Shown here: positions 1 to 9,624 of the stretch, in pieces
Numbering within the stretch: the stretch's first letter is position 1
How the letters are laid out: each line of letters starts with the position of its first letter
Assembly: GCA_038842485.1 (NCBI GenBank)
Contig: JAWBSP010000001.1
Coordinates: 1-64,000, forward strand
Source of the DNA: Candidatus Hadarchaeales archaeon
GTDB lineage: Archaea; Hadarchaeota; Hadarchaeia; Hadarchaeales; JAWBSP01
Direction of reading: 5' to 3'
DNA length: 64,000 bases
Notes under the pieces: model-generated
What the model saw: the letters and a program-made list of their open reading frames with translations, nothing else
Databases searched by the model: none
What the model was told of the DNA's origin: nothing
Program-made: the position numbers and the translations under genes

Positions 1-2
1 CT

Positions 3-1052
3 ACCTACTTCTGGAAGGTGAGGGCAGTGCGCAGTTCTGTTTTGGGTGAAAACTCCGACTCTAAAGTTTCCTCCTTCCGGATCCCCGCTTGGTTGGTGAC
101 GGAGGGCTGGAACGGAACAGGGAGGGCACCAGCCGGGGGGCTACCATTGGAACTCTTGAGTGGAGCAGGGAGGGCTCCAGCGGAGGGGCTAGCATTGGAA
201 CTCTGGACGATGAATGCTTCTAGCCCAGCCCCCGCTTCTCCTCCACCGCAGGAAAGCAGTGGAGGCGGGGTGCCGGGAGGCGCGATGTCAAGTCTCCCGT
301 TGGAAAACATCGATAACATCCCGCCATACGTGAGGTGGCTCGAGGTTGGGGGGAATTTGAAGTTTGAGTGCTGGGATGAGTCGGGAATTGCTTCCGTTGA
401 GCTCTGGATTGACCATGAGCGGGTTGCCTTTCTTTGGGACGGCAGAATCGGCGAGGTGAGGTTGGAAAACTTGGCGGAGGGGCCACACACTGCGGTGGTT
501 AGGGTGCAGGATAATTGTGGGAACGAGAATGTCTCGGTCTCGAACTTTTGGATTAGGCCACCTCCTGCCCCTCCTCCCGCTCCTCTTCCACCTGTGGTCT
601 CCTCCATCCAGCTTTCGGGCGATTCTCTGCTCGCAGAGATCACAAATAGGGAGAACAGGAGTATGGTCTTCCAGGTATATGTTTACGTCGATGAGAATCT
701 TTTCATGGTGGTTCCAGTTGAGCTCTCCCCGCTCCAGTCGGTTTCCACACGCCTCGAATTGAAGGGCCTGCCCTCAGGTGACCATTGGATAACCATTCGC
801 GACAGTGAGGGCTCCCTACTCGGTTCCTGCCAGCTTACCATCCCCACTGTTGCCACCGCTCAGAGCTCGGAAGATAGGGGGCTGCCGTCTTCCCACCTGT
901 TTCTTGTAATCCCACCACTGATCATCTTCACAGGAGCACTACTGGGGAGGAAGTTTGTTGGGAGAAAGAGAACTTCCGTGACGGTCAGGGTGGAGGAGAT
1001 CCCAGAAGTGGCCAGGGCGCTCGCACCTCTACTCAAGAAGAAGAATGACTAG
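3..1052 (+). CDS. Membrane-anchored surface protein (Fn3/Ig-like domains, Pro-rich linkers, C-terminal TM); 5'-partial
   Basis: Frame is open from the window edge and reads TYFWKVRAV (Fn3-type strand). Ig-like segments (GPHTAVVRVQDNCGN), a poly-Pro linker and a hydrophobic C-terminal helix followed by basic residues. Confidence 0.65.
   Translation, partial: TYFWKVRAVRSSVLGENSDSKVSSFRIPAWLVTEGWNGTGRAPAGGLPLELLSGAGRAPAEGLALELWTMNASSPAPASPPPQESSGGGVPGGAMSSLPLENIDNIPPYVRWLEVGGNLKFECWDESGIASVELWIDHERVAFLWDGRIGEVRLENLAEGPHTAVVRVQDNCGNENVSVSNFWIRPPPAPPPAPLPPVVSSIQLSGDSLLAEITNRENRSMVFQVYVYVDENLFMVVPVELSPLQSVSTRLELKGLPSGDHWITIRDSEGSLLGSCQLTIPTVATAQSSEDRGLPSSHLFLVIPPLIIFTGALLGRKFVGRKRTSVTVRVEEIPEVARALAPLLKKKND
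118..204 (+). repeat. 48-nt-period tandem repeat (16-aa unit) inside the surface protein
   Basis: 118-156 and 166-204 match at 35/39 nt; units GRAPAGGLPLELLSGA / GRAPAEGLALELWTMN. Confidence 0.8.
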
Positions 1053-1893
1053 TCTAGCCGTCGCGGCCGTGAAGGGTGGGACTGGCAAGAGCACGGTGGC
1101 TCTGAGCTTAGCGGTCGAGCTTTCCAAGTTTAAACCCGTTCTCATTCTTGACGGGGATCGGCATGTCAGGACGACCGAACTCAAGATGATCGAGGTTGGA
1201 AGGGGGGAGCCTAGGCTGAAGGAAGTTCTGGAGGGTGAGGCTGACTGGAGGGAGGCCGTTTACGCCTGCTGCCTGCAGAGGGGTGGCGAATACCTCTTCC
1301 CCAACCTTCATGTTCTCCCCGCCGGCGATGCTTTTCTTCCCGACCTAGAGCTGGGTTTTGATGTCGAGATTTTCAGGGAGAGGGTGGAGAAGCTCGAGGA
1401 AATACTCCGTGAGCTGGAGAAGAGGAACTCCTACCTCATCATCGACACTCCGGCCAGCTTCAGCAGGGAGCATCTAGTGCTCCTCTCGGCCGCCGATGCG
1501 ATTATCCCGGTGCTGAATCCCGATGACGACACCTACCTCTCCACCAGAAAGAAGCTCTCGGAATTGCAGAGTTTGATGGGGGAGTTCCAAATTCTGGGCT
1601 GTGTACTCAACAAAGTTCCGTCGGATTTTGACGAGCAGTATTGGATCAGGAGGGCGGAGAGGGAGATAGGAAAGGTTCTTGGAGTGGTTCACTTCGACGA
1701 CCTGCTGGTCAGGGCTTTTAGCGAGAACTTGCCGATTCAAGTCAGGTTCCCAGACTCAAGGGCCTCCCAAGAGCTGGCATCCATCGCCTCAAAGGTGCGT
1801 GCTCTAAAGGTAAGTCGAAGACGAATGAGGATAATGGAGAGAATAGATTTGGCCCTCAGCAAGCTACAGAGAATAATGGAAGGAAAAAGTTGA
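1045..1893 (+). CDS. MinD/ParA family ATPase
   Basis: Deviant Walker A KGGTGKST, then LDGD, IIDTP and VLNKV motifs. Confidence 0.85.
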   Translation: MTSLAVAAVKGGTGKSTVALSLAVELSKFKPVLILDGDRHVRTTELKMIEVGRGEPRLKEVLEGEADWREAVYACCLQRGGEYLFPNLHVLPAGDAFLPDLELGFDVEIFRERVEKLEEILRELEKRNSYLIIDTPASFSREHLVLLSAADAIIPVLNPDDDTYLSTRKKLSELQSLMGEFQILGCVLNKVPSDFDEQYWIRRAEREIGKVLGVVHFDDLLVRAFSENLPIQVRFPDSRASQELASIASKVRALKVSRRRMRIMERIDLALSKLQRIMEGKS

Positions 1894-3824
1894 TCCAGCG
1901 GCTCAAACCGGAACTGGGGGATTTGGGCAAGGAGTGGTTGCTGGCGAATGGGTTGGGGGGATATTCCTCCTCCACCGTGCTTGGGATAAACACTAGGAAG
2001 TATCACGGTCTCCTCATCGCCACCACTGATCCTCCTTGGGGGAGGAGGCTTGTGCTCTCGAAGCTTGAGGAGGAGCTTCAGGTGGGGGATGAAGTGTACC
2101 CTCTCTCCTCCAATTTTTATCCGGGCGTGATTCACCCCCAAGGTTACCGGTACCTCTCCGAGTTCCAGCTTTTTCCCTTTCCCACCTTCACCTTTACCCC
2201 TCCAGGTGCCCGGGTGGAGAAGAGAATTTGCATGCCCCACGGTTTCAACGCCACTGTGGTGAGCTACCGGGTGGAGTGCAATCGCAAGTTCAGGCTTAGG
2301 ATTTTCCCCTTGGTGAATTCCCGGGATGTCCACTCCCTCAAGCGAAGGGGTGAGGTACTCTTCAAGGAGGAGCAGATAAAGGGAGGGGTGAAAGTGCTGC
2401 CGAGTGAGGGAGGGGAAATCTATCTCGGCTCCGAGCTGGCCGAATATGTGCCCTCTGCTCTGAGTGAGCCTGACAGGTGGTATTTGAACATGCAGTACCC
2501 AGAGGAGAGGGAGCGCGGCTATCCTTTCTCGGAGGACCACTACTGTCCCGGGTTCTTCGAGGTGGAGGGTGAGAAGGTCAGCTTTCACCTTTTGGCGTGT
2601 GGGGGATGGAGGGGAGAGGTGGCATGGCGGTACCTTCGTGGGGACCCCTCCTTGGCTTTTGAGATGGAACTGAAAAGACAGTCGGAGGTAAGCTCAGGGA
2701 AAAGGGAGCCGCTCCTTTTGGCGGCCGACACCTTTTTTGCCAGCGGTCCAAGGGGCACTTTTGTGTTGGCAGGTTACCACTGGTTTTCGAGTTGGCTGAG
2801 AGATGCTTTCATCAGCCTTCCTGGGCTAGCACTGGTTTCAGGACGTCACCTGCTTGCGAGGGAGGTCCTGTTAACTGCTGCGGAGGTGGAAAGGGAGGGT
2901 TTGCTCCCCAATTTTATCGAGGGCGAGAGGGTTGACTTCGGTGCAGCTGATTCCTCTCTCTGGTTTTTCTATGCGCTTCACAAGTATCTCTCTTATACGG
3001 ATGACGTTTCGCTCTTCCGGTCGCTCTCCTCCCTCTTGTGTAGAATTCTGAGGACATACATAGAGGGCAGAGGGCCGGCGAGGATGGAAAGGGATGGTTT
3101 GATATCCGTTCCACCGGGCTACACGTGGATGGATGCGAGGATAGATGGGATACCGGTGACGCCAAGGGGGGGAAAGCCGGTGGAGCTGAACGCTCTCTGG
3201 TACAGCGCGCTCAGGTTCATGGAGCTGATGGGAATATCAGTCCCGGGCGCTCCACAGCTTGAGGAACTTAGGGAAAGGTTCATTCAAGAGTTCTGGAGCG
3301 AGGAACGTGGTTATCTCTGCGACGTGTCGGGGGATTTTAAGGATTGGAGCCTCAGACCGAACCAAGTTTTTGCGCTGAGTCTGCCCTTCGCCCCCATTGG
3401 CGAGAGAGGCATGGCTAAAAGAATTTTGGGTGTTGTGTGGAACAAGCTCCTCACCCCTTACGGTCTACGCAGCCTTTCGCCGGATGATCCTAACTACAAG
3501 GGGAGATATTGGGGGGACGTGGTGGCTAGGGATTGCGCCTACCATCAAGGGACGGTCTGGGCTTGGCTGATAGGCCCCTTCATCACGGCTCTGAGGAGGT
3601 TCGGTTGGGAGCCGGAAGAGTGCAGGAAGTTGCTGGAACCTCTCATGACAAAACATCTGGAGGAGGCAGGACTGGGGAGCATTTCCGAAATTTTTGATGG
3701 TGACCCACCTCATCACCCGAGGGGCTGTATTTCCCAGGCTTGGAGCGTGGCTGAGGTTCTCAGAAGCTATGTGGAAGATATACAAAATCTTAGACCTCCT
3801 TACGAAAGAAAATATATGAGATGA
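1890..3824 (+). CDS. Glycogen debranching enzyme (amylo-alpha-1,6-glucosidase, archaeal type)
   Basis: EWLLANGLGGY, AGYHWF, TWMDA, TPRGGKPVELNALWY, YHQGTVWAWL, QAWSVAE. Confidence 0.92.
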   Translation: MIQRLKPELGDLGKEWLLANGLGGYSSSTVLGINTRKYHGLLIATTDPPWGRRLVLSKLEEELQVGDEVYPLSSNFYPGVIHPQGYRYLSEFQLFPFPTFTFTPPGARVEKRICMPHGFNATVVSYRVECNRKFRLRIFPLVNSRDVHSLKRRGEVLFKEEQIKGGVKVLPSEGGEIYLGSELAEYVPSALSEPDRWYLNMQYPEERERGYPFSEDHYCPGFFEVEGEKVSFHLLACGGWRGEVAWRYLRGDPSLAFEMELKRQSEVSSGKREPLLLAADTFFASGPRGTFVLAGYHWFSSWLRDAFISLPGLALVSGRHLLAREVLLTAAEVEREGLLPNFIEGERVDFGAADSSLWFFYALHKYLSYTDDVSLFRSLSSLLCRILRTYIEGRGPARMERDGLISVPPGYTWMDARIDGIPVTPRGGKPVELNALWYSALRFMELMGISVPGAPQLEELRERFIQEFWSEERGYLCDVSGDFKDWSLRPNQVFALSLPFAPIGERGMAKRILGVVWNKLLTPYGLRSLSPDDPNYKGRYWGDVVARDCAYHQGTVWAWLIGPFITALRRFGWEPEECRKLLEPLMTKHLEEAGLGSISEIFDGDPPHHPRGCISQAWSVAEVLRSYVEDIQNLRPPYERKYMR

Positions 3825-5341
3825 CGGACATATGTCTCGGTTTCGAGGTACACCAGCCCTATAGGATAAGCCGCAAGTTCGAGGAGGACATGGCCAGAGG
3901 CAAGTCCGTGGAAGAGTTATTCGAGCTCTACTTCGACCACCCAAGGAACAGGGAAATTTTGGAGCGCGTGGCAAGAAAATGTTATCTGCCGGCCGGGAAG
4001 ATAATTCTAGAAAACATCGAGAGATTTGAGAGCAGCGGCAAAAAATTCAAGGTTTGCTATAGTCTCTCTGGTGTCCTGCTTGAGCAGCTGGAGCGCTGGG
4101 CACCCAATGTTTTGGAGGTTTTCAAACAGCTGTCCTCCACCGGATGCGTGGAGTTCCTGAACCAGACCTACTACCACTCGGTTGCCAGTCTCTTCTCCGC
4201 CGAGAGGGAGGAATTTGTGGAGCAGGTTTTGCTTCACCGGGCCCTAATCAAGGATCTTTTCGGGCAAGAGCCAAAGGTTTTCGAGAACACTGAGTTCCTT
4301 TACAACAATTCAATAGCCAGAACCGTGCGACTGTTGGGCTTCCAGGGGATCTTCACAGAGGGGGCGGAAAGGATCTTGGGATGGAGGTCGCCGAACTACG
4401 TTTACAGGGCAAAGGATGTGGATCTCAAAGTTTTTTTGAGGAACTGCCAGCTCACGGATGATGTCGCCTTCAGGTTTTCTGCTTGGGACTGGCCAGGTTT
4501 TCCTCTCACGGCAGACAAGTATGCGGCTTGGTTGGCGGCCACGCCCGGTCAGTGTATAAACATCTTCATGGATTACGAGACACTTGGGGAGCACCAGTGG
4601 CCAGAGACGGGCATCCACGAGTTCCTCCGTTGGCTGCCCGGCGAGGTGCTGAAGTGGGAGCATCTGCAGTTCGTTACTCCTTCCGAACTTCTCCGCCACG
4701 AGCCAGTGGGGGAGGTTGATGTTTATGAGTACAGCACCCTGTCTTGGGCGGATGTGGACAAGGGGACGAAGGCCTGGCTGGGGAACAACATGCAGCTGAC
4801 CTGTTTCAGGGCGGTGAAGGAGATGGAACCATATGTGAAAAAGCTGGGGGACGAGAAGTTCCTTGCCCTCTGGAGGTGGTTCCAAATCAGCGACAATATA
4901 TACTACATGTATACGGAGTGGGGAGCTTCTGGGATGGTTCACGGGTATTTCAGTCAAATGTTTCCCACCGATGCCTTTGCGGCCTTCACTAGGGCTTTTT
5001 CAGATTTCCAGAGAAGACTCATGGAGCTTCTCCCCGAGGATTGCCATAAACTCACAGCCCTCCGACTTTTCCCACCGGAAAAAGCCTTCCACTTTTTTGA
5101 GGAGAAGAGGTACATGGGTTCGGTTTTCAGCCTTCTTGAGCTAAAGGAGAAGCTGGAGGAGTTTCCCGAGAGCTGTTTGGTTTCGAACCTTAGCGACTTG
5201 GAGAAATGGATAAGGTGGACAGTTAGCGATCAGGCGCTGGCTGATGAGATTCGCAAGCTGAAGCCGGTTGCTGGACTCAAAGCTGAACTGAGAGAACTGC
5301 TCAAAAAGCGGTTCGAGGGAATCAAGGTGAGGGGACTTTGA
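3821..5341 (+). CDS. GH57 alpha-amylase with a C-terminal DUF5752-like domain
   Basis: FEVHQP, QTYYH, NTEF nucleophile region, MDYETLGEH, QISD; C-terminal PEKAFHF...DLEKWI segment. Confidence 0.9.
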   Translation: MTDICLGFEVHQPYRISRKFEEDMARGKSVEELFELYFDHPRNREILERVARKCYLPAGKIILENIERFESSGKKFKVCYSLSGVLLEQLERWAPNVLEVFKQLSSTGCVEFLNQTYYHSVASLFSAEREEFVEQVLLHRALIKDLFGQEPKVFENTEFLYNNSIARTVRLLGFQGIFTEGAERILGWRSPNYVYRAKDVDLKVFLRNCQLTDDVAFRFSAWDWPGFPLTADKYAAWLAATPGQCINIFMDYETLGEHQWPETGIHEFLRWLPGEVLKWEHLQFVTPSELLRHEPVGEVDVYEYSTLSWADVDKGTKAWLGNNMQLTCFRAVKEMEPYVKKLGDEKFLALWRWFQISDNIYYMYTEWGASGMVHGYFSQMFPTDAFAAFTRAFSDFQRRLMELLPEDCHKLTALRLFPPEKAFHFFEEKRYMGSVFSLLELKEKLEEFPESCLVSNLSDLEKWIRWTVSDQALADEIRKLKPVAGLKAELRELLKKRFEGIKVRGL

Positions 5342-6504
5342 GGGTAGCACACTTCTGCTGGGAATCCTTATATGGCATCAGGTGCGGCGGACTCGCAAGT
5401 GCAGTAACGGGGCTGACGGAGGCGCAGGCTAAGAAGGGCTGCGAGGTTCACCTGTTCACGAGGTGGAGGGAGGGTCTGGAAAGGCACGAGAGGGTCAATG
5501 GCGTCTACATTCACCGATGCGTTTTTGACTATCGGGGGCACATGCTTGAGTTCGCTTGGAAGATGAGCAGGGCCATGTTGGACGACTTTGATGTTGTCGA
5601 GAGGGAATTCGGCAAGTTTGATCTTGTTCACGGTCACGACTGGCACGTGGTGGACGCCATGCATGAGCTGAAGAACAGGGGGTATCCAATTGTCATGACC
5701 TTTCACTCAACCGAGTGGGGAAGGAATGGGAACAGCTTTGGCGAATGGTGGGAGTTCAGGGAGATCTCGGCCAAGGAGTGGTATGGGGGGTACATTGCTA
5801 ACAGAGTCACCACCGTTTCTAGGACGATGAAGGGGGAGCTCATGTGGCTTTACCAGATACCGGACTGGAAAATAGACGTGGTTCCGAACGGAATACATTT
5901 GGAGCGGTACAAGCGGGAGCTGGATCAGGGAGAAGTCAAGAAGAGGTATGGGGTTCATCCCCTAGCCCCTCTCATCCTTTTCGTGGGCAGGATGGCATAC
6001 CAGAAGGGGCCTGAGCTCTTGGTGGAGGCCATTCCTCACGTTCTGAGGCACAGATGGGATGCCGTCTTCTTCTTCGTCGGTGAGGGTGGAGCTAGACCCT
6101 ACTGCGAGCACAGGGCTAGGGAGTTGGGGGTGGCGGGCTCGGTAAGATTCTTGGGGTGGGTTCCGGACGAGGAATACATCCAGTTACTGAACGCCTGCGA
6201 TATCGTGTGCATCCCGAGCAGAAATGAGCCCTTCGGAATTGTCCTGTTGGAGGCTTGGGCGGCTGGTAAGGCTGTGGTGGTGACGGAGGTGGGGGGGTTG
6301 TCGGAGAACGTGGACAATTTCTACAATGGTATTAAAGTTTATCCCTATCCTGAATCAATTGCCTGGGGGATCAACTACATCATCAATGACGCTAACGGCG
6401 TGAGATGGCTTGGGGAGAACGGGAGGAGGAAAGCTCAAGAATTCAGCTGGGACTCGGTGGCGGATAAGATGCTTGCGGTTTACAAAAAGGTCAAAGCTGG
6501 ATGA
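5338..6504 (+). CDS. GT4 glycosyltransferase (glycogen synthase-like)
   Basis: GGLA, HGHDWH, FVGRMAYQKG, PSRNEPFGIVLLEA; glycogen gene context. Confidence 0.88.
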   Translation: MRVAHFCWESLYGIRCGGLASAVTGLTEAQAKKGCEVHLFTRWREGLERHERVNGVYIHRCVFDYRGHMLEFAWKMSRAMLDDFDVVEREFGKFDLVHGHDWHVVDAMHELKNRGYPIVMTFHSTEWGRNGNSFGEWWEFREISAKEWYGGYIANRVTTVSRTMKGELMWLYQIPDWKIDVVPNGIHLERYKRELDQGEVKKRYGVHPLAPLILFVGRMAYQKGPELLVEAIPHVLRHRWDAVFFFVGEGGARPYCEHRARELGVAGSVRFLGWVPDEEYIQLLNACDIVCIPSRNEPFGIVLLEAWAAGKAVVVTEVGGLSENVDNFYNGIKVYPYPESIAWGINYIINDANGVRWLGENGRRKAQEFSWDSVADKMLAVYKKVKAG

Positions 6505-7141
6505 GCGTTGCCTCCGTTTTCTCCCCCACCTTGAGTTCGGCAGCGTAGCCCTTGGAGAGGGGCCCCGGATTTACCACGAGTGTCGAGCCCAAATGTGAGA
6601 TGCTTCTTCCCTCGTGAACGTGGCCGCAGCAGTTAGCAATGGGTTGTGTGCGCTCGATGAAGGCTCTGATGCTTTTGCTACCAATGTGTGTACCGTCGGG
6701 GAGCATGTCGGCGGGGGTACCGAAAGGTGGAGCATGCGTAACTAGGATGAAGTTTCTGCCAGCCTTCTCAACCAGTTTTTCCAGTTCCTCTGTGATTTCA
6801 GCCTCGGTGAACTCCAGAGGAGTATTGAAGGGAGTCACGTTTGAACCTCCTAGGCCAATGAAGGTCAGATTGCCCAGCTTGATGCATTTTTTGTGCAGAT
6901 TTACCCCTCTCGCCTCAAGCACCTGGTCGGTGTTTTTTGGGTCACAATTTCCAGGGACACTTAGGACTGGAATATTCGATTTTTGCACCGTGTTTAGCAA
7001 ATCTTCAATCACTCCCACTGGCCCTAGGTGGCTGAGATCCCCGATGAGAACCACTCCCTCAAATCCTCTCCCTAGCAATTCGATCAGGTGATGCTGTGCC
7101 ACGGGTTGCCCGTGCAGGTCGGCCACCACCAGCAGACGCAT
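6491..7141 (-). CDS. Metallophosphoesterase (calcineurin-like)
   Basis: DLHG, GDL, GNCD, THAPP, GHVHE, VNPG. Confidence 0.88.
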   Translation of the reverse strand: MRLLVVADLHGQPVAQHHLIELLGRGFEGVVLIGDLSHLGPVGVIEDLLNTVQKSNIPVLSVPGNCDPKNTDQVLEARGVNLHKKCIKLGNLTFIGLGGSNVTPFNTPLEFTEAEITEELEKLVEKAGRNFILVTHAPPFGTPADMLPDGTHIGSKSIRAFIERTQPIANCCGHVHEGRSISHLGSTLVVNPGPLSKGYAAELKVGEKTEATLIQL

Positions 7142-7237
7142 CTTTATTAAGATTCACTTTTTTATTCCTTTTCACTTTCTCAACTTTTCGGAGCGAATGG
7201 GCGAGAAAGACTTAAATCACCATGTTAAACAAAACTG

Positions 7238-8497
7238 GTGGACCTCCTAATCAAGAACGGCTTGGTTTTGAGCATGGATGAGAATCTCTCGGTTAGAAAA
7301 GCCTCGATTGCAGTTGAGGACGGCAAGATAAAGAGAATCCGCAAGGATCTCTCTAACCAAGGAGCCGAGGAAGTTCTGGACGCCGGAGGAAAACTTGTGA
7401 TGCCAGGAATAGTCCTTCCCCACTGTCACTTCCAGAGTATCTTCCTCCCCAGTATTGGTGGGGAGGTCTCGTCTGGATGGTCGCCTCTCGAGTGCACTTT
7501 GACAAAGGAGGAGGTGGTTGCTGGCACTGGTTTCGCGTGTGGGCAACTCCTCTCCAGCGGTGTGACCTTTGCAGTTAACATCCTCTCGGTGAAGGGAACG
7601 CCTGCAGGAATTCTGGATGAAGTGTCGAATAAAATGGAGGAAATGGGTATGAGGGGACTGGTCGGGGTGGAGATATGGGACGGTGGGAGTGGAAGCGGTT
7701 CCAAGTTTCTCCGCGAACAGGAGAGGTTCTTTAGGAGACATCACTCAACCAAAGTGGTCCCCCTCGTGAGCGTGCGCGCCTCCTCTTCAGAGGAAATTCT
7801 CGAGTGCGCGCGCGAGCTGGCTGACAGACACGCGGCGAGGTTCTCTGTTAGGGTGTCCAAGACTCCCGAAGAATACTACCTCTCGAGGCAGAGGTTCGGG
7901 GAGGAGCCCGTTGAGAGACTGAGCAAGCGAGGATGGCTCGATGAGAGGACCCTTCTATCGCACTTCACATATCGGGTGACGGAGAAACAGCTTGAGCTCG
8001 TCCAGAAAAATGGGGGAAAAATCGTCCACACTCCCTTCGACTGCATCTATACAGAAAAATTACCACCGCTGATGGAGTCGGTGACGATGGGAATAGGTGT
8101 GGCTCTAGGTACTGATGAGGTATTTGATGTCTTCGAGTTTCTTCGGTTAGTATGTCTCCAGTACAGGTGGATGGGTAAACACATCCCTGCTTCCAAGCTT
8201 TTGGAAATGGTGACCAGCAAGGCCGCCGAGCTTTGCGGGGTGAAGGATGCGGGTACTCTTGAGGAGGGAAAGAGCGCCGATATAATAATTTTGGACTTGC
8301 CCCCCGCGATGAACCTGTACGAGCAGGTGCTTTGGCGGGCTTCCAGCGGGAAAGTGGAAACGGTGATTTCCGGCGGGAGAATTGTGAAGAAACACAAAAA
8401 ACTACTCGTGGAGGATGAAGCTAAGTTGGAGCGGGAGTTCAACAGATTGGTGGCATCCGTGAGCAAGAGGGTGTCTCATGGTAGTACTGTCAGTTGA
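7238..8497 (+). CDS. Amidohydrolase family protein (MTA/SAH deaminase-like), divergent active site
   Basis: N-terminal LIKNGLV...DAGGKLVMPG, HCH, LGTD, GTLEEGKSADIIILD. The usual HxHxxE is replaced by SVRVSKT. Confidence 0.75.
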   Translation: MDLLIKNGLVLSMDENLSVRKASIAVEDGKIKRIRKDLSNQGAEEVLDAGGKLVMPGIVLPHCHFQSIFLPSIGGEVSSGWSPLECTLTKEEVVAGTGFACGQLLSSGVTFAVNILSVKGTPAGILDEVSNKMEEMGMRGLVGVEIWDGGSGSGSKFLREQERFFRRHHSTKVVPLVSVRASSSEEILECARELADRHAARFSVRVSKTPEEYYLSRQRFGEEPVERLSKRGWLDERTLLSHFTYRVTEKQLELVQKNGGKIVHTPFDCIYTEKLPPLMESVTMGIGVALGTDEVFDVFEFLRLVCLQYRWMGKHIPASKLLEMVTSKAAELCGVKDAGTLEEGKSADIIILDLPPAMNLYEQVLWRASSGKVETVISGGRIVKKHKKLLVEDEAKLEREFNRLVASVSKRVSHGSTVS

Positions 8498-9551
8498 GAT
8501 ATGCGGGCTGAAGCTACATAATCCCATCCTGACTGCAGCGGGTCCACCGATGCAAGATGCCTCGGCTCTCCTTGCAGCTGCCGAGAACGGGGCAGGTGCT
8601 TTGGTCACGAATACTATCACAAGAAATCCCTTCCGCTGCTACCCATACCTGTGCAAGCAGAGGGATGGCATTTTAAGTGCAACTTTATCAAGTTCCCTCA
8701 CCCCCCAGACTTGGGCAGGCGAAATTGCGAAGGCCAAGAAAACGGGGATCCCGCTGATAGCGAATGTAGGGTTTACTCTTGAGGATTTGCGGGAGATCGT
8801 TCCCTTGGTGTTGGAGGCAGGGGCGGATGCAGTGGAGGTTTCACCAGCACGTTCTCTTACGCTCTCACAGTTCAGGGAGATGGTGAGGGGGGCACGCAAA
8901 ATCGTGTCGACACCTCTCATCTTCAAGTTGAACCTTCAGATGGGGAACCTGCCAGAATTCGCCCAGGCGGCTCAGCAGGAGGGAGCGGATGCTCTCACAG
9001 TGGTGGACGCAGTTGGACCCTGCGTGGCTGTAAGGGAGGATGGCTTTTCCATGCTTGGAAGCGTCCAAGGAGAGGGGTGGTTGTCTGGTCCCCCTATAAA
9101 ACCCATAGCACTCAGGTGTTTGGCGGAGGTTTGTTCCTCCGTCACCCTGCCGGTTTTAGGTGCAGGAGGGATTACTGACGGCCGTGATGCCGCTGAGTTC
9201 ATCATGATGGGTGCATGGGCGGTGGAGGTGAACTCGGCTGCCATTCTAAGAGGGCCAAAGGTTTACGGGCAGATCGTTAGGGAACTGCTACAGTTCATGC
9301 AGATGAAAGGGCACGAAAGCGTGGAGGGGATGAGGGGAATTGCACTTAGACATTTGCCTAAGACTCCCTTTACCTCACCCAAGGTTCCGGAAATGTTTTC
9401 CTCGCGATGCAATAACTGTGGCCTGTGCATTCGTTTCTGCCTTCGGGGTGCGATGAAACCTGCAGGCAAAGTCCCCAAGCTGGAGGCGAGCAGATGCGAT
9501 GGTTGCGGTCTTTGTATTTCGGTGTGCCCCACAGGTGCTCTTCGGCTATAA
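8478..9551 (+). CDS. Dihydroorotate/dihydropyrimidine dehydrogenase (PreA-like) FMN barrel with C-terminal 2x[4Fe-4S], divergent
   Basis: GLKLHNPILTAAGP, LSGPPIKP, GAGGI, AEFIMMGA; CxxCxxCxxxC twice at the C-terminus. Confidence 0.8.
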   Translation: MVVLSVEICGLKLHNPILTAAGPPMQDASALLAAAENGAGALVTNTITRNPFRCYPYLCKQRDGILSATLSSSLTPQTWAGEIAKAKKTGIPLIANVGFTLEDLREIVPLVLEAGADAVEVSPARSLTLSQFREMVRGARKIVSTPLIFKLNLQMGNLPEFAQAAQQEGADALTVVDAVGPCVAVREDGFSMLGSVQGEGWLSGPPIKPIALRCLAEVCSSVTLPVLGAGGITDGRDAAEFIMMGAWAVEVNSAAILRGPKVYGQIVRELLQFMQMKGHESVEGMRGIALRHLPKTPFTSPKVPEMFSSRCNNCGLCIRFCLRGAMKPAGKVPKLEASRCDGCGLCISVCPTGALRL

Positions 9552-9595
9552 AAATTATTATCTCTTCAGCACATATGACATCACAAACGAATTTC

Positions 9596-9604
9596 GGTTA
9601 AATG
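9596..9604 (+). promoter_or_regulatory. Putative TATA box for the structured RNA
   Basis: TTAAAT at 9598-9603, about 25 nt upstream of the first helix. Confidence 0.4.
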
Positions 9605-9624
9605 ATATCTGGATAAGAAAAGTC

